Origin: Antechinus flavipes
Lineage: Eukaryota
NCBI RefSeq assembly: GCF_016432865.1
Contig: NC_067399.1
Coordinates: forward strand, 456,816,001-456,880,000
Length of the DNA stretch: 64,000 nt
Direction: 5' to 3'
In this document: one piece after another, positions 12,675-23,503 of the stretch
How the letters are laid out: every line of letters begins with the position of its first letter
How positions within the stretch are numbered: the stretch's first letter is position 1
Program-made: the position numbers and the translations under genes
Notes under the pieces: generated by a model
What the model was told of the DNA's origin: nothing
Seen by the model: the letters and a program-made list of their open reading frames with translations, nothing else
Database searches by the model: none

Positions 12675-13034
12675 CAGGAGTTCTTAACCTAGGATAATTA
12701 AAAAAATTAATTTTATTTTTTATTTTTATTTTATAATTTTAAATTGTATTTCAATATAATTGGTTTCCTTTGCAATCCTGCTGTTTTGTTTATTTTTGTT
12801 GAAACAATTAGGGTCATTTGACTTGCCTAAGGTCACACAGCTAGTTAAGTATTAAATGTTTGAATCCAGATTTGAACTTAGGTCCTCCTGATTTCAAGAC
12901 CAGTGCTCTACCTACATACTATTTAGCTGTCTCCAATTCTACTATTTTATGCATTTAAAATCATTATTCTAAGAATCAATAAGCTTCACCAGACTGTCAA
13001 AGGGATTCAAGATACAAGAAATTTAGAACTCCCA
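12675..13034. mobile_element. hAT-Charlie-type MITE with a nested antisense CORE-SINE (about 12790-12915)
   Basis: Imperfect TIRs caggagttc / gaactccca; 8-bp TSD gtctaaat (12667-12674) vs ggctagat (13035-13042), resembling the NTCTAGAN target preference. Confidence 0.7.
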
Positions 13035-13319
13035 GGCTAGATCATCTTTAAGGTACATGGTGATCTTACATTTAAGAAGGGATATAGTATATCCTAAGCA
13101 TCAGAGGATGGGAATGGGGAAGATTATAGTTAAATTCTTAAGACCTGTTCTTGGACCTGATAAGCCTTATTCGAATCAAAATCATTCAATGGTATCTAAT
13201 AGTAAAATTACTATTTGCTCACAATTCTAAAGCACTTTCAAGTTCATAAATGCTTTCTTTATAACTCTACGAGATTGGTAGTTCAAAGATTTCCACCATT
13301 TGTTGAAAGGAGAAAGCAA

Positions 13320-14130
13320 CTCATCGATAAGCACTGTGCTAGTGCTAGGCACAAGGGACATGAAACATGTTGTTGTTAAAGAGTTTCTAGTTTATTTGAA
13401 AGAGGACTGAGTTAAAGGAAGGGGAATATAATGAGTTGTGTTTTAGAAATGTTGAGCTTAAGATAGACACAGGATAACCAGTTCAAAATGTCCAAAATGA
13501 CTGCAAGACTGGAACCAAGAGAGAGACTAGAGCTATCTGGGATGAATGGGAGTCTGCATAGAGATGACAGTTAAATTCATGATTGCTGATGAGGTGATAG
13601 GGGTGTCACGAGAGAGAGAGGGGAAGACAGGGACAGAGAGGCACAGAGAAATGGAGTCAGCGACATAGAGACAGAGATGGAGAAAGAGAGACAAAGATAG
13701 AGACAGAGAGAGAAAGACACAAGAAATGAACAGAGACAGAGGTAGAGAGAAGAGAGAAGGGAAAATAGATTGGGGAGAGGGAAGAGAGAGAGACAGAGAA
13801 AGACAGAAAGAGAAGAGTCAGAGACAGAGCAGGGAAACAGAGAGACAGAGACAGAGACAGAGACAGGAAAGGCAGAGAGACAGAGAGGGAAGTCGGGGAA
13901 AGGGAGAGGGGAAAGGGAGAAAAGACAGAGACACGCACATAGAGAAAGAGAGAGAGTCAAAGAGGGAGGAGGAGGGAGAGAGAGAGAGAGAGGGAGAGAC
14001 AGAGAGGGAGAGCAACAAAGAGAGACAGAGAAAGAGAGAGAGGGAGAGAGACAGAGACAGAGAGAGCTCATAGAAAGTCTATGACTGAGCTTTTGGAGTA
14101 TCAAGCTCTGAAAGGAAAAGAAAAGCCTAT
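13320..14130 (-). mobile_element. L2 3' fragment containing a GA-rich expansion
   Basis: gggagtctgcatagagatgacagttaaattcatgattgctgatgag before the tract; L2-like gactgagcttttggagtatc after it. Confidence 0.65.
13610..14066 (+). repeat. GA/GAGACA-rich polypurine tract
   Basis: About 455 bp of near-pure A/G with periodic C. Confidence 0.95.
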
Positions 14131-14999
14131 GGTTACACAGCTAGTAAGCTTCAGAGTTGAGATTGGATGGAAAACCCCCTAATTATTTCAGCACTCTTCT
14201 CCAAGGCAGAAGGCTTTGGTAGGGCATTGGGAGGGGATGGGGTGGAGGAAGAGTGCTTTATGGGGACAGTTTAGCTTGTTTCATTGGTAGCTTCATTTCC
14301 AGCCTTTTAGAAGTTGCCTTAAGCTAGCATTGAATTCAGCCTCCAAATTATTTCCTAATTATCAGTGTAAAAAGAGCTGAAGACTCTCAAATTCCAAGAA
14401 GTGTGTTATATTTGTTCAGTTATGTAACATGCTTCTCCGGGTCTCAGACCAGTCATGTTTCCCCCAGCGGGAAGATGAGGCTCCCAGGATCACCATAGCA
14501 TTCCCTTTTCTCTACCAAGAAAGATTTTTGTTTTTTGACTGTAGCCTGGTGTGTTTACTAATGACTTCTTCTGTATCCCGCCCCTGCTCTAGGTCTTGGC
14601 AGACCTGAGGAGGCCCCTGCTCTCCGACCTTGAGCAACTCACAGATCAGGTTTAAATGCAATGTAGAGGAAAGTAAAAGGATTTGTGTACTTTTGGAAAT
14701 GTGTTTTCAAACCTCTGGTCTGTAAGACACACCAGTGAGCAAAGATGGGGGAGTCTGGATCTCTAGCTTCTTCCTGCATAGTCCCTTGAGACTGCCTGGC
14801 CCATGGAGAGATGGCAAGGAGCCCTCATCCTCTACAAGGCTTAGCTCTCTCTAGGGCCACTGCCACTGCTGAAGGGACCAAACAAGGTGGCCTGGCCGCA
14901 TGCATCTCTCCATCTGCCGCCCTGACTGAAAGAGAATTCATTTTGCTTGCCTCATTAAGGGATCAAAATAAAATGAGAAGACGCAGAGCAAGCTTTTAG

Positions 15000-15247
15000 C
15001 TCTGTGTCCTCCCTTATCCCTCTTCCCCTCTCCCTGTCTCTCTGCCTTTCTCTTTGTGTTTCTGTTCCGTCTCTCTGTCTTTCTGAGTCTCTCTCTTCTG
15101 TGTCCCTTTATTTCTTTTTGACTGTATCTCTTCCTGGGTCTTTCTGTGTGTCTCTCCCCCTCCGTATCTCTCCCTCTCTGTATCTCTCCCTTTCTGTGTC
15201 TCTTTGTTTCTCTCTGTGTGTCTCTGTCTCTGTATCTCTCCCTTTCT
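15000..15247 (+). repeat. CT/CTCTGT-rich polypyrimidine tract running into a gap
   Basis: Seen directly. Confidence 0.95.
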
Positions 15248-15428
15248 NNNNNNNNNNNNNNNNNNNNNNNNNNNNNNNNNNNNNNNNNNNNNNNNNNNNN
15301 NNNNNNNNNNNNNNNNNNNNNNNNNNNNNNNNNNNNNNNNNNNNNNNNNNNNNNNNNNNNNNNNNNNNNNNNNNNNNNNNNNNNNNNNNNNNNNNNNNNN
15401 NNNNNNNNNNNNNNNNNNNNNNNNNNNN
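15248..15428. other. Assembly gap
   Basis: Run of N. Confidence 1.
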
Positions 15429-15429
15429 A

Positions 15430-16700
15430 TCTCTCGGCTCCTGGTTTCTTAGGTCTCCAGGCGGAGAACACCGGGTTGTGACCTCAGGCCTCCTCTCAAC
15501 TACCTGAGTCACTTTCATCAAGTCACTCAAACTCTCTGAGCCCGCTTTGCAAAACGCTGGGCGAGACGCCTGCTCGGGCCTTTTGCGACTCGGAGTCTCC
15601 TCCTCCGTCTACAAACGGTTAACAGACTGCGAGGCTGAGCCGTGCACGTCTGTGTCGGCGGTGCCGGCGTGTGTTTTTCCCCGAGTGTGTTTTCCCCCTT
15701 CGGGTGCCCCCTGCCTTCCCCCTCAGCCACTGGGAAACTGGGACCATTCGCTGCTGACACCTCCGCTGCTCTGGCAACCCGTGAACTATTGGAGAAAGGT
15801 CAGTTGGCAGCGTCCTCCGCTCCTCGCTCCGCGCTCGGGCCCTCCCAAGGCGTTGCGTGAGGCGGGAGCGCCCTCTGTTGGTCAGCGTCGGAGCTTCCCT
15901 GCAAGCAGCAGACGGCGGGGTCCAGCCTCCGACTGTGTCCTGGATGTTGACGTTAGCAGGAATTAACCGAAGCCCTCGTCTCCTGGGTTAATGGATGGCT
16001 CAAGGAGAGGTTGGGGTATTATTCCGCTCAAAGCCTGAAAGCCCCCGGCACGGCTAGAGATTATTTGGGGAGATGGCTTCCGTTCGCGTGCAGACTGGTA
16101 GAGCCATTCGATCACGAATCATTTAGTCCGAAGTGTTAATGACACAACTAGGCTTAATGACCGACTCAAGTCACCCAGACGGCAAATAGCAGAGTTTAAG
16201 TTGAAACTCCGGCATCCCCACTCCGAGCCTGTCTCTTCTCCCCCAAAGCCTCCAGAACTCCGTCTGTCCTTGTTTCTGGAGACCTTGATTCTTTTCTCCC
16301 TAACTTCCCAGCCTCGAAGAGGGGACGGATCTCGGAATCTGGTTTCTGATCCTGCCCCAGACATGACTAGCAGTGGGCCCTTGGTCAGGGCAGACTCGAA
16401 TGAGATCATAAAGGTCAAGTACTTTTCGACGTGTAAAGGTCAATATACATGTGGTCTATTACCACATGTTTTAAATCCGAGGCCTTTGAGCAGGCAAACT
16501 GAAAGGAACAAATAGGAGAGGGACAGAATAATAACCTCCTCAGAAGCTAGGACACCTCCCCTATCGAGTAAGTTCCAGGTCTCCTTTCCCATTCCAGTTG
16601 ACAAAGCGGAAGTTGAAAGAAGGGAATGGTATTGAAACACTACTTCCTCCCACGGCCCCCTCCTTCGCATCTCATTGCTTAGAGCCTTCGGCTGTAAGTC
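15430..16700. promoter_or_regulatory. CpG island (promoter- or enhancer-like), densest at 15540-16140
   Basis: About 50 CpGs in 15430-16140 by manual count, against only a few per kb elsewhere; GC-rich. Confidence 0.85.
15866..15884 (-). promoter_or_regulatory. CTCF-type binding motif
   Basis: Minus strand TGACCAACAGAGGGCGCTC vs consensus TGGCCACCAGRGGGCGCTA. Confidence 0.65.
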
Positions 16701-16950
16701 TTTTGATTTAACAGAGGGGAAGGAATAAACATTTATTAAATGTCTGTTAGATGCCATGTTCTGTGGTAAGTGCTTCATAAATATTACCCTCACAACAACC
16801 CGAGGAGGGAGGTACTAGTATCACCCCCATTTTACAACTGAGGAAACTGAGGCAGGAGTGAAAGTGACTTGTCCACAGCCTAGGTATATGAGGTAAGATT
16901 TGAATTTTGGTCTTTCTCACTACAGGCCCAGCACTTTATGTGTCACTTAG
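16700..16950 (-). mobile_element. MIR
   Basis: cacaacaacccgagg..ggtactagtatcacccccattttacaactgaggaaactgaggcagg. Confidence 0.85.
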
Positions 16951-18339
16951 CTGGGAAGGAAGTCTAACGCAAACCTGAACATTTTAACCATGGGATATGT
17001 CCAGGGATTGGTTTGGGTAGTGTAATGGGAAGTGAAACATAAATTTCCTAAGCAATTTGTCCTGGAAAGGAGTTTATATTCTTGATGAGGTTTAAGATCA
17101 TTCTCCTATCAGATTTGTAACAGTAGTTAGACATTAATTACTTCACTCTATTTTAAGGATATTTTGTTTGTTTTGGTTAAGCCCACACATTAGTGTATGC
17201 CTTTTGTGTATATGAAAAAAATTACTGGTCAATAGTTGATTTATATTGTCGTTAAGTACTTTTTTGCCCCTTTCTACCTTTTTAGGAAAGTCTGAGATAT
17301 GAAACATGAGTAAAATCAATCCCAGGGAGACCTCAGGGGGAACTTAACAAGCCAATGAGTGTGAGAAAAGAGAGCTTAACTGCTCTCATTAGAGGCAGGA
17401 TCCCTCAGGACTGAACCCAGACCACTGAAAGCCTGGATACAGAACAAGGGGCAGTTATAGTACCCCCCAGCCACTGTGGTGACCCAGCAGTGGTTCCCCA
17501 AAGTTAAACAAGGACGAAAATTGGCCTATAAAGTATTTGCAAAGTTATGGTGTAGACACATCAATGTGAACACAGACAAATTGTATGCTTATTTTATTCT
17601 ATAGTTGAGCAGTCATGTGGAGTAGTTGACTTGCTTTAGTAATGACCCAAGTTTTCAGACAGCCTTGATACTCAGAAAAAGGTAAGGACTGAGAAAGAAA
17701 TTTCTATACAGTACTGAATTCTATTGCAGTGGGAAGCTGAAAGCCCGGAAGAGAGTGACCAAAAATTCTAGATGTGAAAGGAATTTTAGAGATAATTTGT
17801 GTTCAGTCTCTTCATTTTGCATAAAGGAAAAGAAGCCCAGAAAGAGTATGTGACTTGCTTTTGATCCCATAATTAATTTCCAGGCCTGGACCCCAGTTAC
17901 TCCCACAACTTGGGTACTTTCCACCACATTACACAGATTTGAGTGGAGGTTAATCCATAGAAGGAGGGAAAGACTAGAATAGAAATCTCTTTTCCTTGCT
18001 TTCTTTGGAACTCCATATGCAAAGCAACAGTTGGAAACAAAAGGATAAAGAAAGTGCTGAAGCCCAGAAAGCTAACTTGTATTAATGGGGGATTCAAAGT
18101 ACCTCCAGAATCTGGTATGCATTTTGGTCAAAGACATAATTAACTCATTTTGTTCTAAGAAATCTTTCCATGAAGCAAAAATATCCTTAGATTGTTAATA
18201 AACTTAGAAATAATGTTTGCATAATAGCACTGGGTATTCTATCTCACCACTGCCCATCTTCAAAACAAATGAAGTATAAACAATGGAGAGACATATGGGC
18301 CTTTGGGAAAGGATGGGTTTTGACTCCCAATTAGAAAAG

Positions 18340-18770
18340 GGACAGATGAAGTCATAGAATCATGGATTTAGAGTAGGAAAGGACCTTAAAAGTCATTTAA
18401 TCCAATAGCTTTATTTTATAGATGAGGTAACTAAGATACAGAAAGCTAAATGATTTACCTTAATTCTATTCAGCTAGTTTGAGAACAGTTTGAGGTAGGG
18501 TTCAAATCCAGGGCTTCCCCACTCCAAGTCCAATGCTTCTTTCACTACACTATGCTATCTCTCAAAGTCATGTACATTGAATTTAAAATCAGGAATACCT
18601 GAATTTTAATCTTACCTCAGACAAATTAGCAGAGTGAAGCTGGACAAATCATTTAATTTCACTGTCCTTATCAGTTAAAGTAGGATAATAATAGAATTTA
18701 CTTCAAGTTGCTATAAAAATCAAATGAGATAATAATGAACAATAAATGAGATAATTATAAAGAAAAAATT
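18340..18770. mobile_element. Antisense MIR3 (18340-18545) then sense MIR (18560-18770)
   Basis: ttttatagatgaggtaactaag...; then ggataataatagaatttacttcaagttgctataaaaatcaaatgagataat. Confidence 0.7.
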
Positions 18771-19149
18771 GAAAACTATAATCAGCCAAATAACTGAGGT
18801 ATTAATATTAACATCATTATTAATGTGTAGTGCAGTGCTATACATCCAGTAAGCTCTCAATAAATATTTATCAAAGATCTTCATATTTATAGCCAGGTAG
18901 CACCTGGAAATGAAAGAAAAGAGACTGAAGGATGTTCTTTCTACATAATCACTTACTGATTGGTTGGTTGGTTGATAGATCCTGCTGATGGACTTACTGT
19001 CTTTTAATTAGATGTATCATTTTGACACATTTTATCATTCAGCCTCATTCTTTTAATTCATCTTTTTCCCTCTTTTTTCTGTTCCCTTACCATTTTTCTG
19101 TCCCTTCTGGCTCATAGTCCTCTTTTTTTGCTTTGCAGTAGAACAGTTA

Positions 19150-20040
19150 TTGATGGAAGCATAATGTAGTCAAAACATTAGACTTGGTATCACAAACTAT
19201 GGGTTTTAGTTCTACATTACTGCCTTCCTGTGATGATAAGCAAACAACACACTTCCTTTTCATGAATCTCAGTTTTCTCAACTGTAAGATGAGGGATGTG
19301 GACAAGATGGTTTCTAAGACCATCCAGATCCATCAATCTATGTTGTATAATCTTTAAAACAGTCCATTTAATTTAAGAGATAATCTACTATAATAGGGAT
19401 AGTCGGAGTCAGAGGACCTAGGTTTGTAATCTATTAACTTTTTTGGACCTCGGTTGAATTGTTTATAAAATAAAAGGTTTGAAATAGGAGATCACTATAG
19501 TCTCTTCCAACTTTAACTGGCTGATCCTATTTCTTTTCTTTTCTTTTTTTTGTTATTTTCCTAAGGAATTTTACAACTGATTCAACTTTCTCCTTCTATC
19601 CATTCCATTTCTCTCTGGGCATGTTCATCTCCTTTCAGGCCTTACCTACTTTCTTCTAACAACTCTCAAAGTTAATAACCTTCAATCTTTTGGTACAGTG
19701 ACTACTCCTTTCTAAATCTCCTGGCTCTTAGTCTCTTAGTGCAGTGTTGCTTCAATTATAATAAAAATGCCTTTGATAATAATTGGTTGATAACAATGAT
19801 AATTACTGTCATTTATTTACACTATGAGGGATCCAAAGTGTTCAACAAATATTCCATTTTATCCCCAAAACAACATTTGGGGGTAAATGCTTTTACCCCT
19901 CCCCCATTTTACAGATAAGGAAACTGATAAATACAGAGAATAAGCTATGCCCAGGCTTGCACAGTAAATGAGGTTGGATTTGAAGTTGGGTCTTTTTAAC
20001 TCGAAATCTAGTACCCCATCCACTGTACTTTGTTGTATCT
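19150..20040. mobile_element. MIR3/MIR copies (19150-19340 +, 19390-19530 +, 19820-20040 -)
   Basis: CORE motifs cagttttctcaactgtaagatgagg and cccattttacagataaggaaactga. Confidence 0.7.
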
Positions 20041-21016
20041 GATGTATAGGTAAAGTATACCTTTACATATGTATGCATGCATATATATGCATATAAATGT
20101 AACAACTATTTTATCTGATGGTTTAAGTCAATAATAACAGATATATAAAAGACAACTATCACTTGGTTATTTGAAAACATAAACCAAGACCATCGGGATA
20201 TTTCTAATTCTTAACTTTTTTTGGCCCTAGGTATGAGAAATGGCCTTTAAATTATTTTAAACTAATGTGGGTATGGGTCATGTATATAAGCTGACTGAGT
20301 TTTTAGGGAATTCATGAGTTCTGCCTCACAAAAGCAAAATAGAATCATTCAAAGATAACTTCATTGTAGTATCATTGGCAAGAAACCCATTGGTGATAGG
20401 AAAGCATGATTTCTTCCCTTTGCTTTTCAGACAATGAAACCTGTTAGAAGGTACTTATGAGACATCTAGTCTTGAACAACTTTGCTGAGTTAGGAATGCA
20501 AAGAATGACAGTAGTACTAATTCTCACTTGGGTGCAAGGTCTTGTTTATCTTCTTAGCCAAAGTTAGAGCCAACAATTATATTGCTATTGAGTGGTCCTG
20601 GATGATTCTCCAAATTTGGAAAAGGCCTACCAACTCATTTGCAAAGAATACAAAACAAACAAACAATGAATACATGGAATCATGGATTTAAATCTGTGAG
20701 TCTTTTCAAGTCACCTAGTCCAGCCTTCCCAATTTACTAAAAAGGAAATTGAAATTCAAAATATCCATCCTCACACAGGAGTCACAGCCAGGATTCAAAT
20801 TTAGTATTCTCTAAAACCCCAAATTTCCATTTTACCAAGCACTTTGCACAGATCTTTCCTTTCCTTTCTCAATATCACCTACTTTATATTATAGTTATCT
20901 CTATGTTGTTTTTTTCCTCATTTTCAAAAGCCGTGGAATGAATATGTTTCTTGAAAGCAAGTACTATGCTATTATTTACATTTGTATCTCTAGATCTAGA
21001 GTGATTCCTTGCATAG

Positions 21017-21060
21017 ACACACAGACAGACAGACAGATAGATAGATAGATAGATAGATAA
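21017..21060 (+). repeat. Compound (GACA)n(GATA)n microsatellite
   Basis: acacacagacagacagacagatagatagatagatagatagata. Confidence 0.95.
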
Positions 21061-22658
21061 TAGGAATTCAATGATATACAAATAATCATGTTCATGTGAA
21101 ATAGGCCAAGTTCCTACATATGGACTATATCTTCTTCATCTAAGAAATGATCAGTGGTCTCTATAAGTAGTTGCTCCATAGCTACCTAGGCAATGGAGGC
21201 TAACAGAAGTCCATTTGACTTTTGAACACAATGTAAGCCTCCTGGACACACAATTGTTTCCCACTAACTTCCCATCTTGATGTATAAGTATAATTGTACA
21301 GGAATAATCACAAACTAATAGAAGGCATAGTAACAATCCCAGAGGAGTCTACATAAATGCAGGAATATGTATTTCTATATAGCAACTGATTAGGTGAGTT
21401 TGGACAGATGGGATATCATGTGAAAATTTTTCTAGTTAACATAACATTGTTCTAGGGAGCAATGGAATGATGGTTGGAAATTTGAGAAGGGGTATCCAGG
21501 ATCTTCAGGATCTGCCTAACATTCAGGTGACCTTCCCATCACTGTATCTATTTGGGATGAAGATTCATATCTTCCATGGCAACAGTACATCTTTCTTTCT
21601 CCCAGATTGCCCCTTAATTTGACAATACATCTATTACCATGAGAGACTGAGAGAAAGACTGAAATGATCTTAGTTGTCTGAAGGCTCACTTCCATGACCA
21701 CCATCCCCCTCACATGCCTTGAACATATGAAGTGAATGATTCAAGACAACATGTGCATCAATGGCCAGATGTTCCTAAGAGTTGGCTCTGCTCCATTATC
21801 CTCAATTAACTTACCATATTTACCAGCATATAGGTCCCCTTTTCTTAAAGAATGGATGAATGTATGAGATCTTATATGACTTATCTTTTTGGTAAAAATT
21901 ACACTTCTCCTTTTGGGGGGGATGAGAATGGGGGTAGGACTTAGAATGAGGAGGGATCATATTATGGTACTAAGTTCTCTTATAATTTCAATGATCCTGT
22001 CTATTAGGAAAAGAAAAAGGTTAAATTAAATTAAAATAAATCCCATTGAGTGAGAAAAGACATGTGTACTAGCAAAAAGCCCATAGGCAGTGGGTGGGAA
22101 ATTAAGGCCAAGATGACCCAGTACACAGCTCCCCAGGCCTCCTGTCAAAGTGACAGAGGCTAGCTATTATATTTTGGCTGAAAGAAGAAACAGAAAGAAG
22201 TGGGAAAGAAAGAAGACCACATAAAGGGGGGAGGAGACAAGAAGAGATACAAAGAAGAGAAAGAAACCAGAGACAAAAAAAAGAAGAGAAATGGAAAGGA
22301 GAAGTAGGGGAGAAAGGAAATACTGAAGAGGGAGTAAAAAAATCAAAGAAAGAAAGAAGGTAAAGGAGGTTTTGAAGGGGAGAGAAAATGCTAATGTTAG
22401 CTTTCTCTTAATATCCAAAACACATAGACACAGGGGAGAAAGGAGAAACCAAAAGAGGAGAAGAGAGAGGACTAACTGAAGGTTAAAGAAAAAGGAATAG
22501 GGAGAAAATGACAATGGCAAAGAGATAGGAAATACAGAAAACGAGAAAGAAAACATTTACTTTCTGTGGAGAAATCAAGAGGCTGAAAGATGACAGGGTA
22601 TAGGGGAGGGCATTATAAAAAGTACATTTAATCCTTTTCCTTCCCCCACTACTCACTC

Positions 22659-22659
<1 letters not shown>

Positions 22660-22689
<30 letters not shown>

Positions 22690-22941
22690 CCTCCCTCCCT
22701 CCTTTCCTCTCCTCCTCTGTCTCTTTCTCTCTGTCACTCTTTGTGTGTCTCTGTGTGTCTCTGTGTCTGTGTGTCTCTGTGTCTGTCTTTCTCTGTCTCT
22801 GAATCTCTCTCTCTCTTTCTTTCTCTCCCTTACTCCCTCCTTTCCTCTCCCCCTCTGTTTCTTTCTCTCTGTCACTCTTTGTGTGTCTCTGTGTCTCTCT
22901 GTGTCTGTCTGTCTCTGTGTCTGTCTTTCTCTGTCTCTGAA

Positions 22942-22972
<31 letters not shown>

Positions 22973-23149
22973 TTCTTTCTCTCCTTTCCTCCCTCCTTCC
23001 CTCTCCCCCTCTGTTTCTTTCTCTCTTTCACTCTTTGTGTGTCTCTGTGTCTCTCTGTGCCTGTCTGTCTCTGTCTCTGAATCTCTCTCTCTCTCTCTCT
23101 CTCTCCCTACCTTCCTCCTTCCCTCTCCCCCTTCCTCCCTCCTTCCCTC
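22660..23149 (+). repeat. CT-rich minisatellite with a higher-order unit of about 140 bp
   Basis: Anchor gaatctc at 22801, 22939 and 23079; anchor tcactctttgtgtg near 22734, 22872 and 23028. Confidence 0.85.
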
Positions 23150-23503
23150 NNNNNNNNNNNNNNNNNNNNNNNNNNNNNNNNNNNNNNNNNNNNNNNNNNN
23201 NNNNNNNNNNNNNNNNNNNNNNNNNNNNNNNNNNNNNNNNNNNNNNNNNNNNNNNNNNNNNNNNNNNNNNNNNNNNNNNNNNNNNNNNNNNNNNNNNNNN
23301 NNNNNNNNNNNNNNNNNNNNNNNNNNNNNNNNNNNNNNNNNNNNNNNNNNNNNNNNNNNNNNNNNNNNNNNNNNNNNNNNNNNNNNNNNNNNNNNNNNNN
23401 NNNNNNNNNNNNNNNNNNNNNNNNNNNNNNNNNNNNNNNNNNNNNNNNNNNNNNNNNNNNNNNNNNNNNNNNNNNNNNNNNNNNNNNNNNNNNNNNNNNN
23501 NNN
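23150..23503. other. Assembly gap
   Basis: Run of N. Confidence 1.

Noticed and set aside
13577-14104. Overlapping ORFs rich in R/E or S/L
   Set aside because: They are translations of a GA/CT low-complexity tract.
14938-15530. ORFs of 80-177 aa near the island
   Set aside because: They run through an N gap and a simple repeat.
15547-15966. 139-aa ORF in the CpG island
   Set aside because: No recognisable domain, a non-ATG start, and GC-rich DNA is stop-poor by composition.
17470-17495. Hairpin ccactgtgg-tgac-ccagcagtgg as a pre-miRNA
   Set aside because: The stem is about 9 bp, far too short.
20410-20456. 20-nt micro-exon (cttttcag|...AAG|GTACTT)
   Set aside because: Weak donor, frame-shifting length, and expected by chance.
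22660-23149. CRISPR-like or Rsx-like repeat array
   Set aside because: The units are degenerate microsatellite with no unique spacers and only three visible copies.
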